A stretch of 64,000 bases of DNA from Gammaproteobacteria bacterium (GTDB lineage Bacteria; Pseudomonadota; Gammaproteobacteria; Eutrophobiales; Eutrophobiaceae): assembly GCA_965221695.1 (NCBI GenBank), contig OZ244905.1, forward strand, positions 1,984,001 to 2,048,000, read 5' to 3'. Numbering within the stretch: the first letter of the stretch is position 1; the number at the start of each line of letters is the position of its first letter. Positions 30,520 to 40,577 of the stretch are shown here, one piece after another. Under the pieces are notes generated by a model. That model saw nothing but the letters and a program-made list of their open reading frames with translations, had not been told where the DNA came from and did no database searches. The position numbers and the translations under genes are program-made.

Positions 30520-31740
30520 ATGCGGACCAAACCTGTTATCGCGATCCTGTTCATTGCGCTGTTTCTGTCAGGCTGCGCAGCAACGGAAAGAGTAACCGAT
30601 TATTTCAAGGGAAGCAGCGACAATGCCGAACCTCCTAATCCTCTGGTCGAATTCAGGCCGCTCATCAACGTTATTGAACTCTGGAAAAAGAATAATGGCA
30701 TAGGCACCGATGAACAATACCTGAAACTTGCGCCGGTCATTGTCAATCAGCGCGTGTACGTAGTCGATTCAGCCGGGGAGATTGGGTCTCTGGATGCGAC
30801 CAACGGTAAAAGTCTGTGGCGAAAAAAAATTGAAGCGTCAGAATCGGTCGATGGCAAGTCAGGCTGGTTTCGCGGCGAAAATATTCGCATCACTGGTGGG
30901 CCCGGTTATGGGGAAAACACGCTGCTGGTCGGCTCCATGGAAGGAGAAGTGGTTTCCCTGTCCGCTGAAAACGGCAGTGAGTTGTGGCGCGCCAGGGTAT
31001 CGAGCGAAGTATTGTCGGCGCCGCAAAGGGACTCGAATACCGTTATCGTCAGGACTATCGACGGCAAGGTTTTCGGTCTCGACGCTGACGACGGAAGACG
31101 CCTGTGGATTTATGACCGGACGGTGCCACCGTTAACACTCCGCGGCACCAGCACGCCGGCAATCGACGGCGATATCCTGGTAGCCGGATTTGACGGCGGG
31201 AAATTAGCGGCTTTGGATGTCCGTACCGGCAAATTACTCTGGGAAAGCAGTATCGCCGCCGCGCGCGGGCGCTCTGAACTGGAGCGGATGGTGGACATTG
31301 ATTCACAACCGACGATTGTGGACGGCGCTGTCTATATCGCCACGTTTCAAGGCCATGTGGCGGCTGTGCAACTGGAATCCGGCCGCATCCTGTGGAGCAA
31401 CGATATGTCTTCCTACGCCGGCTTCAGCGCCGACGAACAAAACCTTTACGTGACCGATGAGAACAGTCATATATGGGCGCTGGACAGATTCGACGGTTCG
31501 GTATTGTGGGAACTGGAAGACTTGCATGCTCGCTCGGTAACCGCGCCGGGCTCGATCGACGATCAGATCGTCGTCGGAGATATGGCAGGCTATCTGCACT
31601 GGATCAACAAGAAAACCGGCGCATTCAACGCCAGAACACGACTGTGCAAGGAACCTGTTATCGCTAAACCCATCGTAGTAGGCAAGATAGTTTACGCTTA
31701 TTGCAGCGACGGCAAACTGGCTGCTTATACTTACCGATAG
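30520..31740 (+). CDS. bamB: Outer membrane assembly lipoprotein BamB
   Basis: Lipobox LSGC, PQQ-like propeller repeats, LTLRGTSTP, ERMVDID. Confidence 0.93.
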   Translation: MRTKPVIAILFIALFLSGCAATERVTDYFKGSSDNAEPPNPLVEFRPLINVIELWKKNNGIGTDEQYLKLAPVIVNQRVYVVDSAGEIGSLDATNGKSLWRKKIEASESVDGKSGWFRGENIRITGGPGYGENTLLVGSMEGEVVSLSAENGSELWRARVSSEVLSAPQRDSNTVIVRTIDGKVFGLDADDGRRLWIYDRTVPPLTLRGTSTPAIDGDILVAGFDGGKLAALDVRTGKLLWESSIAAARGRSELERMVDIDSQPTIVDGAVYIATFQGHVAAVQLESGRILWSNDMSSYAGFSADEQNLYVTDENSHIWALDRFDGSVLWELEDLHARSVTAPGSIDDQIVVGDMAGYLHWINKKTGAFNARTRLCKEPVIAKPIVVGKIVYAYCSDGKLAAYTYR

Positions 31741-31751
31741 CCCGACCCGCC

Positions 31752-33152
31752 ATGATTCCGGTCATTGCCATCGTCGGCTGCCCCAATGTCGGTAAATCCA
31801 CCTTGTTCAACCGTCTGACCCGTTCCCGAGCGGCGCTGGTCGCAGATGTGCCAGGGGTGACCAGAGATAGACAGTACGGCTATGCCGATCGGGAAAATTG
31901 CGCCATCCTGTTAATTGACACAGGTGGCATAGCGGGCAGCTCTGATGACGCCGATCCACTGCGCGCGGCAGTAACCGGACAGACCACGCAGGCAATCACC
32001 GAAGCAGACGCCGTCCTGTGGGTGACTGACGGCCGCGCAGGTCTCACCGCCGGGGATTTGGAACTTGCCGAAATCATGAGGACTCTGACCAAGCCGGTTT
32101 TTTTTGTGGTCAATAAAACCGACGGTCTCGGACCTGATCACGCGCTTGCCGAGTTCCACGCCATCGGCGGGTTCGCTGCGCCAGTTCCCATTTCGGCGAA
32201 AACAGGAGAAGGGACCGTCAGGCTGCTGGAAATCATCATGAATGCTTTTCCGCAAACAGCCGTATTGCCGAAAGAAAACCCTGACATCGTCAGGGTATCC
32301 ATTATCGGACGGCCCAATGTCGGTAAATCGACTCTACTCAATCGGATTATCGGAGAAGACAGGGCGCTGACCTCGTCGTTGCCGGGGACTACCCGCGACA
32401 GCATTACAACGCGCTTTCACCGCAGGCGCGCTGATTACCAGTTCACTGACACGGCTGGTATCCGCAGGCGCAGCAAAGTCGCCGACAAAATTGAGAAATT
32501 CAGCGTTGTAAAAAGCCTTCTAGCTATTGAAACATGCCACGTCGCAATACTTGTGACAGACGCCCGGGATACCATTTCCGAACAGGACCAGACATTGCTG
32601 GGATTGATAAACCAGGCTGGAAAAGCGCTGATCATCGCCGTCAATAAATGGGACGGACTGAGCCCTTCGCAAAAATCAACGATTAAGAGACAGCTCGAAA
32701 GAAAAACAGGATTTGCCGATTATGCGCGTATCCACTACATATCGGCTTTGCATGGAACGGGGGTAGGGAAACTGTTTGACAGCATTGATAAAATTACCCG
32801 ATCATGGCAGCAGGATTTCAACGCTTCCAGCCTCACTGCTTTTTTGAATGAAGCATCGACAGCAAATCCTCCACCCATGGCGCGTGGCCGTCGCATCAAA
32901 CTCAAGTATGCCCACCTCGGTGGGTATAACCCCATCCGCATCATCATCCATGGCAATCAGACCCAGGACATCCCGACGCATTACCGCCGCTATTTAGCCA
33001 ATTATTACCGCACAAGAATGAAGTTGACGGGAACGCCGGTGTTTATTCAGTTCAGGCGCGGCGATAACCCCTACAAAACAATCCGCAACACCCTCACCAG
33101 ACGCCAGCAACGCAAGCGTCGACGCCTGATCGAACATTCGAGAAAAAAATGA
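31752..33152 (+). CDS. der: Ribosome biogenesis GTPase Der
   Basis: Two G domains (GCPNVGKST, GRPNVGKST), KH-like C-terminus. Confidence 0.96.
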   Translation: MIPVIAIVGCPNVGKSTLFNRLTRSRAALVADVPGVTRDRQYGYADRENCAILLIDTGGIAGSSDDADPLRAAVTGQTTQAITEADAVLWVTDGRAGLTAGDLELAEIMRTLTKPVFFVVNKTDGLGPDHALAEFHAIGGFAAPVPISAKTGEGTVRLLEIIMNAFPQTAVLPKENPDIVRVSIIGRPNVGKSTLLNRIIGEDRALTSSLPGTTRDSITTRFHRRRADYQFTDTAGIRRRSKVADKIEKFSVVKSLLAIETCHVAILVTDARDTISEQDQTLLGLINQAGKALIIAVNKWDGLSPSQKSTIKRQLERKTGFADYARIHYISALHGTGVGKLFDSIDKITRSWQQDFNASSLTAFLNEASTANPPPMARGRRIKLKYAHLGGYNPIRIIIHGNQTQDIPTHYRRYLANYYRTRMKLTGTPVFIQFRRGDNPYKTIRNTLTRRQQRKRRRLIEHSRKK

Positions 33153-33269
33153 TGTATTGCAGAAAATTGCATTCAACTAAAGCCGCATGATCAGTACGTA
33201 GCTGACACCGGCGGCACGTCACTGTTGGCATAAACCAGGATATATCTCAGTACCACTCCCGGGATTTAA

Positions 33270-33296
33270 GGAATCTCTGATTAAGTCAGAGTTTCC
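33270..33296. repeat. Family A mini-palindrome with TTAA duplication
   Basis: TTAA-GGAATCTCTGATTAAGTCAGAGTTTCC-TTAA; right TTA is the bamC stop. Confidence 0.9.
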
Positions 33297-34364
33297 TTAA
33301 TTAATTATCGGATAGCGGTCGCGGATCAACGCCAGCATGCGGGCGGCTTCATCGGTAGCTTCCCATTCGTTATCTTCGTTGACTACGATCAACTCGGTTC
33401 TGTTGCCGACACCAGTCAGACTGATCTGCCAGGAAGCATTGGCATCTTTGCCTCCTTTCCAAAAAGCCAGCTTGGAGAAAAAGCCTTTCTTCTCGCGGCG
33501 TTGTGGAGCGTCGCCGGTAACCGTGTAGAAACCTTTGGCCTGGTCGACATCGACAATCTGCAGCCCGCTACTGCGCAGGGCGACACCGGTATTTTTCCAA
33601 GCCAGTTCCAGGGTTTCGGGTATGCTCAGGTACATCTTTCCCTCGCCGGCATCGACTACCCGTAGCGCCTGATCCAGCCCGGCTAGGGTCGCAGCATCAG
33701 GGACCGCGCCAGCAGCAATAGCGGTTGCGGGCCCGCCTGCCTGCCCGCCAGCATCAATAAAGAGACTGAGATTGGCTGCAAACTGTCTCTCCAGCGCGTT
33801 GTCCTTGCCCCGATCCAACCAGTTAGAGTTTTCATCGAGCCGGGTCTGGCGCTGCTGGCTGATGATCAGAACAGAAGCCTCCGGGGTCGCGCCGGGTTCG
33901 GCAAAAACCCTGTATTTATACCGATATTGCAGTCCTGTCTGCTCATCGATCTGTGACCAACCGGTCTCAAGCACGCCAAGCTTTTCATCCTCCAGTTCAA
34001 TAGCATAATTTTTCGACTCGATAAATTCGATCAGCGTTGGCCACAGTTGCGCTACAGGGATGGACAGTGATAACAACTGCTCGTCAGCCTCCGTCATGCT
34101 AAGACTTGTTTCCTTTCTTAACGGCGCGCGCGGGTTTTTGTAACGGGACAGGGTCACTGGCGCTTCGTTCGGGATTCCCATGGAGTCATTGATGGCGTCA
34201 GCCGTCAGATCCGGCGGGATTTCCAGGTCTGGCATGCTTTCGCTTTTTTTGTATTCACTCTTTTTGTCGGGAAGGAGTTTGCCGACATCGGGCATATACG
34301 CGCAAGACGCCAGGAAAATTATCCCGAACACGCCTGTCGCTATGGTTAAAAGCGTTGTTTTCAT
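33297..34364 (-). CDS. bamC: NlpB/DapX (BamC-like) lipoprotein
   Basis: Lipobox LASC, LEIPPDL, GFFSKLAFW; follows dapA. Confidence 0.85.
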   Translation of the reverse strand: MKTTLLTIATGVFGIIFLASCAYMPDVGKLLPDKKSEYKKSESMPDLEIPPDLTADAINDSMGIPNEAPVTLSRYKNPRAPLRKETSLSMTEADEQLLSLSIPVAQLWPTLIEFIESKNYAIELEDEKLGVLETGWSQIDEQTGLQYRYKYRVFAEPGATPEASVLIISQQRQTRLDENSNWLDRGKDNALERQFAANLSLFIDAGGQAGGPATAIAAGAVPDAATLAGLDQALRVVDAGEGKMYLSIPETLELAWKNTGVALRSSGLQIVDVDQAKGFYTVTGDAPQRREKKGFFSKLAFWKGGKDANASWQISLTGVGNRTELIVVNEDNEWEATDEAARMLALIRDRYPIIN

Positions 34365-35251
34365 AAAAGAACCTCTGCTTGTTTCATTGCCGCCTCAACC
34401 TCGGCACGATATTCCTCGGACAGCCAGGTCATGGGCAAACGAATACCGTCCTCAACCAGACCCAGGCGTTGTGCGGCCCACTTGGCGGGTATCGGATTAG
34501 ACTCCAGAAACAGGGATTGGTGCAATCCCAATAATTTAGCATCCAGCGCCTTGGCTGCGTTCCGCTCTCCGGCTATCGCCAACCGGCATAATTCGCTCAT
34601 TGCTGCCGGCGCCACATTGGCAGTCACGGATATTACACCATCGCCACCCAGCAGCATAAAATCGCATGCCGTTTCATCATCGCCGCTCAATAGTAGAAAA
34701 TCGTCTCCGCAATCTTCTCGTATGGTTTTGACCCGATCCAGACTGCCTGTGGCTTCCTTGATGCCGATGATATTATCTATCCTTGAAAGCCTGGACACTG
34801 TTTCCGGCAACATATCACAGGCTGTGCGTCCCGGCACATTATATAGTATCTGCGGTATGGAAACACTTCCGGCAACCGTCTTGAAATGCTCGTAAAGGCC
34901 CACCTGGGTTGGCTTATTATAATATGGCGTAACCAGCAAGCAGGCATCGGCGCCTGCCTGCTTTGCATATGCCGTCAGCTCCATGGCTTCAATGGTTGAA
35001 TTTGCCCCGGTACCGGCGATGACAGGTATGCGTTTAGCGACGATGTCCACGACTTGCTTGATAACCTGACAGTGTTCTTCCGGCATCAGGGTAGCCGATT
35101 CACCCGTAGTGCCCACAATGACGACGCCGTCGGTATTCTGCTCAATGTGGTACTCGAGCAGGCGCGCCATGCTCTCCATATCCAAGGGCGTATCGGCCCT
35201 CACGCCGCTCTTCATGGGGGTGATAATAGCGACCAGACTACCTGTGAACAT
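34361..35251 (-). CDS. dapA: 4-hydroxy-tetrahydrodipicolinate synthase
   Basis: GTTGESATL, PYYNKP, LYNVPGRT, GIKEA; start MFTGS at 35251. Confidence 0.97.
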   Translation of the reverse strand: MFTGSLVAIITPMKSGVRADTPLDMESMARLLEYHIEQNTDGVVIVGTTGESATLMPEEHCQVIKQVVDIVAKRIPVIAGTGANSTIEAMELTAYAKQAGADACLLVTPYYNKPTQVGLYEHFKTVAGSVSIPQILYNVPGRTACDMLPETVSRLSRIDNIIGIKEATGSLDRVKTIREDCGDDFLLLSGDDETACDFMLLGGDGVISVTANVAPAAMSELCRLAIAGERNAAKALDAKLLGLHQSLFLESNPIPAKWAAQRLGLVEDGIRLPMTWLSEEYRAEVEAAMKQAEVLL

Positions 35252-35471
35252 GGATTTCATCTGTAATAATATTAAACCGGTCTCCCGATTGCTCGGGAAT
35301 GGAAAAGTTTGTGTTTGGGCTGCATGATCAACACCTTTTCGGGTATAATGGGGAAATATGTCTGTTGCTGTATACTGGTATTCTTTCCAGAACAATATGG
35401 TACTTGTCCGATTTGCTGATGACAAGAAAATAAGGTTTGCCCCATAAGGATGCTTCACCCGGATTACAAAA

Positions 35472-35999
35472 ATGATACAGTTCCTCGCCCTCACCGTAAT
35501 CGGTAAATACGACCCTGCTCTACCGGAACGACTGACCGGCGTTATCGCAGAGGCCGGCTGTAATATCCGGGAAAGCCGAATAACTATACTTGGGCAGGAA
35601 TTTTCCATGCTGTTGCTACTTTCCGGTAACTGGAATGCTGTAGTAAAAGTGGAAGACGCCCTCAACAGGCAGGGGGAGGAACAGGATATAACCATCAACA
35701 TGCGCCGTACCGAGCTGAACAAATCTCAAAAAAACCTGATGCCTTATGCCATTGACGTCGTATGCAGCGACCGCATCGGCGTGGTTAACCGGATAACCCG
35801 TTTTATCCTGGATAACGGGATCCAGATTCGCGATCTATCCACGACGACTTACGAAGCGTCTCACACCGGCACCGAGATGTTTTCACTGCACCTGACGATT
35901 CACGTGCCGGTGGAGATCTCCATTTCGTCATTGCGCAACGATTTCCTGGAGTTCTGCGACCAGTTGAACCTGGACGCAATCATAGAACCGGTGAAATAA
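35472..35999 (+). CDS. gcvR: Glycine cleavage repressor GcvR (tandem ACT)
   Basis: GCNIRESR, MLLSGNW, DRIGVV; dapA/gcvR-bcp synteny. Confidence 0.88.
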   Translation: MIQFLALTVIGKYDPALPERLTGVIAEAGCNIRESRITILGQEFSMLLLLSGNWNAVVKVEDALNRQGEEQDITINMRRTELNKSQKNLMPYAIDVVCSDRIGVVNRITRFILDNGIQIRDLSTTTYEASHTGTEMFSLHLTIHVPVEISISSLRNDFLEFCDQLNLDAIIEPVK

Positions 36000-36018
36000 G
36001 AACCGCTTTCGAGGCTAA

Positions 36019-36072
36019 GGAAGCTCAGACATTAATCACACCCCTGCGGATTGTAAACAGGGGTCTGTCCCC
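36019..36072. repeat. Degenerate family A arm fused to a GGGGTCTGTCCCC REP-like hairpin
   Basis: GGAAGCTCAGACATTAATCA followed by CCCCTG..CAGGGGTCTGTCCCC. Confidence 0.5.
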
Positions 36073-36093
36073 AACAAAACTGGAGAATTCAGT

Positions 36094-36561
36094 ATGAATA
36101 CAATAAACACGGGCGCTACGGTACCGGATTTCGAACTTCCCGCTACCGGCGACAAAACCATCCGGCTATCGGAACTCAAAGGAAAAAACGTGGTCATCTA
36201 CTTCTATCCCAAGGACAGCACGCCAGGTTGCACCCTTGAAGGGCAGGATTTCCGAGACAACATCGAAGCATTTTCAGAGCACAATACGGTGATACTCGGT
36301 GTTTCCAGGGACAATATCAAGTCTCACGAAAAATTCAAATCGAAGCAGTCGTTCCCGTTTGACCTGCTGTCAGACGAAGCGGAGGAGTTATGCGCGCTGT
36401 TCGACGTGATCAAGGAAAAAAACATGTATGGCAAGAAAGTGATGGGGATTGAACGCAGCACGTTCCTGCTGGATGAAACCGGCAAACTGCGCAATGAGTG
36501 GCGCAAGGTCAAGGTGAAAGGGCACGTGAACCAGGTGCTCGACGCGGTTAAATCTCTCTAA
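36094..36561 (+). CDS. bcp: Peroxiredoxin Bcp
   Basis: YFYPKDSTPGCT, ERSTF. Confidence 0.95.
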   Translation: MNTINTGATVPDFELPATGDKTIRLSELKGKNVVIYFYPKDSTPGCTLEGQDFRDNIEAFSEHNTVILGVSRDNIKSHEKFKSKQSFPFDLLSDEAEELCALFDVIKEKNMYGKKVMGIERSTFLLDETGKLRNEWRKVKVKGHVNQVLDAVKSL

Positions 36562-36590
36562 GGAACCTCTGATTAAGTCTCAGAGATTCC
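36562..36590. repeat. Family A mini-palindrome (TC duplication) immediately after the bcp stop
   Basis: CTAA-GGAACCTCTGATTAAGTCTCAGAGATTCC-CAAA. Confidence 0.85.
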
Positions 36591-36606
36591 CAAAGCGCTA
36601 TCCGGG

Positions 36607-37680
36607 TCAAGCGCTTGCTTCCGGCAAGTGTTCTTCGCTGGTCGGCCAGACATTGATCAATGCCTTGACCAGGGTTGCCAGCGGTATCGCAAAGAATACG
36701 CCCCAAAAACCCCATAATCCGCCAAATACAAGTATCGCGACGATAATCGCCACCGGATGCAGGTTAACAACATCCGAAAACAGGATGGGTACCAGGACGT
36801 TGCCGTCCAAGAACTGCAAAATGAAATAGGCCACGACCAGCCAGATAAAGATCGGGTCAAACCCCCACTGGAAATAGGCAACCAACGCAACAGGTAGCGT
36901 TACCACGGCGGCGCCGATATACGGGATCAGCACAGACAACCCCACGGTGATGGACAGCAGCGAGGCATAATTCAACCCGAACAACTTGAACACAATATAG
37001 GATGTCGTCCCCACGATGGCGATCTCATAAACCTTGCCACGTATGTAATTTCCAATTTGTGCGTCCATTTCCTGCCACAGGTCACTGACCAGGGTACGGT
37101 CGCTAGGCAGAAATCGGCTCAACCAGTTCAGCACCGTGTCCTTGTCCTTCATTAGAAAAAAGATCATCAAGGGCACCAGGATCACGTATATCAGAACGGT
37201 GATAATGGCAGGGATTGATGCCATAGAAACAGACACGAGCCCCTGGCCGAAGTCACCGACTCCGCGACGCAGGGCAAGAACTATCTCGTTAACCAGTTCG
37301 GCAGAAATAATTTCGGGATACTGCACCGGCAGACGCAGCAACAGTTCCTGGCCGCGGCTGAGCATACCGGGAAATTCCTGGAAAAACTGGCTAGCCTGCC
37401 CGGACAGGATTGGCAACAGGCCGATGACGATAAAACCCATCACCAGGATAAACAACAGAAATACCACTGAAACGGCGGGAACCCTGGAGATGTTTCTGCT
37501 GGTCAGTTTGTCGACCGGTCCCTCCAGCAGGTAGGCAATGACAACTGCCGCCAACAGCGGCGCCAGCATCTCGCCCATGAAATACATGACGACAAAACAG
37601 AGCGCCAGAAGAATGACTAACAAGGCAGCCTGGGGATCGGTAAAATACCGCTGATACCACTTACTTAGAAAGTCGAACAT
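36607..37680 (-). CDS. perM: AI-2E family transporter PerM
   Basis: WYQRYFTDP, NYIRGK, LIPYIG, DGNVLVP; convergent with bcp. Confidence 0.88.
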   Translation of the reverse strand: MFDFLSKWYQRYFTDPQAALLVILLALCFVVMYFMGEMLAPLLAAVVIAYLLEGPVDKLTSRNISRVPAVSVVFLLFILVMGFIVIGLLPILSGQASQFFQEFPGMLSRGQELLLRLPVQYPEIISAELVNEIVLALRRGVGDFGQGLVSVSMASIPAIITVLIYVILVPLMIFFLMKDKDTVLNWLSRFLPSDRTLVSDLWQEMDAQIGNYIRGKVYEIAIVGTTSYIVFKLFGLNYASLLSITVGLSVLIPYIGAAVVTLPVALVAYFQWGFDPIFIWLVVAYFILQFLDGNVLVPILFSDVVNLHPVAIIVAILVFGGLWGFWGVFFAIPLATLVKALINVWPTSEEHLPEASA

Positions 37681-37685
37681 TTCAA

Positions 37686-37792
37686 CCTGAATATTTCACC
37701 AATTCGCTTGTCAGCATCGGATAGATGTTTGCTATCAATGAGTTATGGTAATCTGTCGGCCATGCTGCCATTACGCAACACGCTAGATGCGC
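37686..37792 (-). mobile_element. Truncated copy of family B 239-bp MITE (inverted orientation)
   Basis: CCTGAATATTTCACCAATTCGCTTGTCAGCATCGGATAGATG.. is the reverse complement of the right ~107 bp of the copies at 39021 and 47802. Confidence 0.85.
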
Positions 37793-37849
37793 TATTCGAA
37801 CAAACGATTATTCTACTCCGACAATATGAGGGGTGAAAGCGAAACTTTT

Positions 37850-38896
37850 ATGGAACCGGGCGCACTCGCTGACAGCATAAAGACCTGGGGCAAGGAAATT
37901 GGTTTCCAACAGGTCGGCATCACCGGTGTCGAGTTGGAGGAAGACGAGCGCCGTTTGCTTGACTGGCTCGAGCATGGAATGCACGGAGAGATGGCTTACA
38001 TGGAACGCCACGGCAAAAAACGGTCCAGACCGGAACTGTTGCGGCCCGGCACCATCCGAGTAATTTCCGCGCGCATGGATTACCTGCCGCCCAAGGCCAG
38101 GGACGCGCACACGGCGCTGCAGGAGGGGGATCGAGCATACATATCCCGCTATGCGCTCGGCAGGGATTACCACAAGGTTATGCGCGCACGGTTGAAAAAA
38201 CTGGCGCAACGGATAGAGACAAGCATTGGCCCGTTCGGCTACCGCGTGTTTACCGACTCCGCGCCGGTACTGGAAAAAGCGCTGGCGCGCAACGCCGGGC
38301 TGGGCTGGATCGGCAAACACAGCAACCTGCTGCATCCGCAGGCGGGATCATGGTTCTTTATCGGGGAAATCTATACTGACCTGCCGCTGCCTGTTGACAA
38401 AGAGTTTGCGGGGGAACACTGCGGCGCCTGCACGGCCTGTATCGATGTGTGTCCGACCCGGGCCATCGTCGGTCCTTACCGGGTCGATGCCCGGCGCTGC
38501 ATATCCTACCTGACGATTGAATACCGCGGCAGCATCCCGGAGGAATTCCGCGCGGCGATGAGCAACCGCGTTTACGGCTGTGACGACTGCCAGTTGGTCT
38601 GTCCCTGGAACCGCTTCGCACAGTATTCCTCAGAGCCGGACTACCGACCGCGCCACGGACTCGATGCAGTGAGCCTGGTGGACTGCTTTCTCTGGAGCGA
38701 AAACGAGTTTCTGGAAAAGACGGCGGGCAGCGCGCTCAGGCGTATCGGTTACGAATGCTGGCTGCGAAACCTCGCCGTCGCGCTGGGCAACGCCCCCACC
38801 TCGGCGCCGGTCGTGAATGCCTTGAACCGGCGCAAAGACCACCCCTCTGCCCTGGTGCGCGAACACGTAAACTGGGCATTGGCGCAACATGGATAG
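37850..38896 (+). CDS. queG: Epoxyqueuosine reductase
   Basis: SRYALGRDYH, DSAPVLEK, CGACTACIDVCP, CISYLTIE, GCDDCQLVCPWN. Confidence 0.96.
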   Translation: MEPGALADSIKTWGKEIGFQQVGITGVELEEDERRLLDWLEHGMHGEMAYMERHGKKRSRPELLRPGTIRVISARMDYLPPKARDAHTALQEGDRAYISRYALGRDYHKVMRARLKKLAQRIETSIGPFGYRVFTDSAPVLEKALARNAGLGWIGKHSNLLHPQAGSWFFIGEIYTDLPLPVDKEFAGEHCGACTACIDVCPTRAIVGPYRVDARRCISYLTIEYRGSIPEEFRAAMSNRVYGCDDCQLVCPWNRFAQYSSEPDYRPRHGLDAVSLVDCFLWSENEFLEKTAGSALRRIGYECWLRNLAVALGNAPTSAPVVNALNRRKDHPSALVREHVNWALAQHG

Positions 38897-38940
38897 AAAC
38901 GAAATGCTGTCCGAAACCCGTTTTTTTATTCCAGCGTTCG

Positions 38941-38958
38941 ACTGTTGAGATTTTCGGG
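38941..38958 (+). repeat. Solo terminal inverted repeat of family B MITE
   Basis: ACTGTTGAGATTTTCGGG (15/18 to the TIR) followed by CTAG. Confidence 0.55.
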
Positions 38959-39417
38959 CTAGCCGTCTGTTTCAGCTAATAATTCATCAAAAAAAACGTC
39001 GCCCTCAATTGTTGCTTTAGCCCGAATATCTCACCAATTGATGCGATGATCGCTGAGGATTTTTTGTGTTAGCGGGTGCTCGCGACCGAAAGCATAGTGG
39101 TTCTTCTGGTTGAGGGAGCATGTGCCCGCTAACGCAAAAAAGACCAGCGAGGGCGCATCAAGCGCAGTGTGTAATGGCAATATGCTCGGCAGATTATCAT
39201 AACTCATTGATAGCAAACATCAATCGGATGCTGACAAGCGAATTGGTGAGATATTCGGGTTAGCTGCAATCTCTGCTTTTGCGCGTAGCGCTCGCTCTTT
39301 CAGCATTTGCATTTTCAGTTCCTTTATCTTTTCGTAATCATGCATTGATACCATCACGGCCACTGGTTTCCCATTTTTGCTGATTTGCACGGGCGCGGTT
39401 AGTGTATTGTCTCTCAT
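38959..39417 (-). pseudogene. Phd/YefM-family antitoxin interrupted by a MITE
   Basis: PVQISKNGKPVAVMVS..DYE; removing the MITE and one TTAG restores ..EIAAKATIEGDVFFDELLAETDG-stop. Confidence 0.8.
39021..39259 (+). mobile_element. Family B 239-bp MITE, copy 1
   Basis: 19-bp perfect TIR CCCGAATATCTCACCAATT, TTAG duplication, internal long hairpin. Confidence 0.92.
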
Positions 39418-39518
39418 TATAGAAAATAATTTCGCAATAGCTGTTCAAAATCTCAGGTTAGAAAATTATGGTAAAGTCACTGCTTGTAGAGAGCATTTTA
39501 TCGAAGGTGGATTGAGAT

Positions 39519-40415
39519 ATGGGTCAGTCTGGAAAAAGAACAAAAACATCGGCGTTCGGCACGGGTGGGCGCGCAGGGCACGATTCCAGCAGCTTCTATG
39601 CTCAGCGTCTTTATCAGGACCTGCAGGAATGCAATGAGAAAAAAGGCTACTCACCAAACAAGGATAACCATCCTGACCAATTGGATGTGATTCACTGTGC
39701 AGACAGCCGGAACATGCGCCATTTGCCGGACGATTCCGTTCACCTGATGATTACATCGCCACCGTATAACGTCGGCAAGGAATACGACTCAGACTTAACC
39801 TTGTCTGAGTATATGGAGCTGTTGACTGATGTGATGAGAGAGGTCTACCGCGTATTGGTTGAAGGCGGGCGAGCTTGTCTGAATATCGCCAATATAGGGC
39901 GCAAGCCATATATCCCTTTGCACTTGTACCTGACTGAAATCGCGCATGAGTGTGACTTTTTGATGCGCGGTGAAATCATTTGGGACAAGGGTGCGAGCGC
40001 GGGAACATCTTGTGCCTGGGGAAGCTGGCGATCGTCAAGCAATCCAACCCTGCGGGATGTGCATGAGTATATCCTGGTTTTTTGCAAAGGGACTTTCAAG
40101 CGGCAGCCTGTGCGCGAGGACAGCATCGGCCGGGATGATTTTTTGGAGAGCACCAAAAGTATCTGGCGTTTCCCGACCACGAGCGCCAGGAAAGTCAATC
40201 ACCCGGCGCCTTTTCCAGTTGAACTACCGCTTCGGCTTATCCATCTTTACTCCTATATCGATGATATCGTACTGGATCCATTTATGGGGTCAGGCACAAC
40301 GGCCGAAGCAGCTTTACGCGCCGAACGCCATTTTGTCGGTTATGAAATCAATAACGATTATGTTCGGGAATCCAGGGATCGTCTCCAAAATATAACTTTG
40401 CAGATGGAAGAATAA
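39519..40415 (+). CDS. Orphan beta-class DNA methyltransferase (N4-C/N6-A)
   Basis: TSPPYN before HPAPFP and LDPFMGSGTT. Confidence 0.9.
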   Translation: MGQSGKRTKTSAFGTGGRAGHDSSSFYAQRLYQDLQECNEKKGYSPNKDNHPDQLDVIHCADSRNMRHLPDDSVHLMITSPPYNVGKEYDSDLTLSEYMELLTDVMREVYRVLVEGGRACLNIANIGRKPYIPLHLYLTEIAHECDFLMRGEIIWDKGASAGTSCAWGSWRSSSNPTLRDVHEYILVFCKGTFKRQPVREDSIGRDDFLESTKSIWRFPTTSARKVNHPAPFPVELPLRLIHLYSYIDDIVLDPFMGSGTTAEAALRAERHFVGYEINNDYVRESRDRLQNITLQMEE

Positions 40416-40568
40416 AGCGTCGCCCCCAGGCGACACAATATCTGACTGGACTCCCGCTTCTGCAGGAGTGGTTCAGCGGTGGGGTTCGCAGGAGTGGTAT
40501 GGGGGAATACCCTGGCTAGTGCCAATAGTTAGATGCACTCGGGGCGCGCGGAGCCCTGATTATGAGGA
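40414..40568 (-). repeat. Family C repeat, left copy (inverted relative to 43319-43448)
   Basis: AAAGCGTCGCC..GGCGACAC..CTGGACTCCCGCTTC..GGAATACCCTGGCTAG; homology weaker beyond 40535. Confidence 0.8.
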
Positions 40569-40577
40569 CTTAGTCTT

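Noticed and set aside
31752-31810. Der G1 motif GCPNVGKS instead of GRPNVGKS
   Set aside because: Variable position of the P-loop; the rest of the protein is intact
35252-35722. 156-aa N-terminal extension of DapA in the ORF track
   Set aside because: Runs antisense through gcvR and the promoter region; DapA homology begins at MFTGS (35251)
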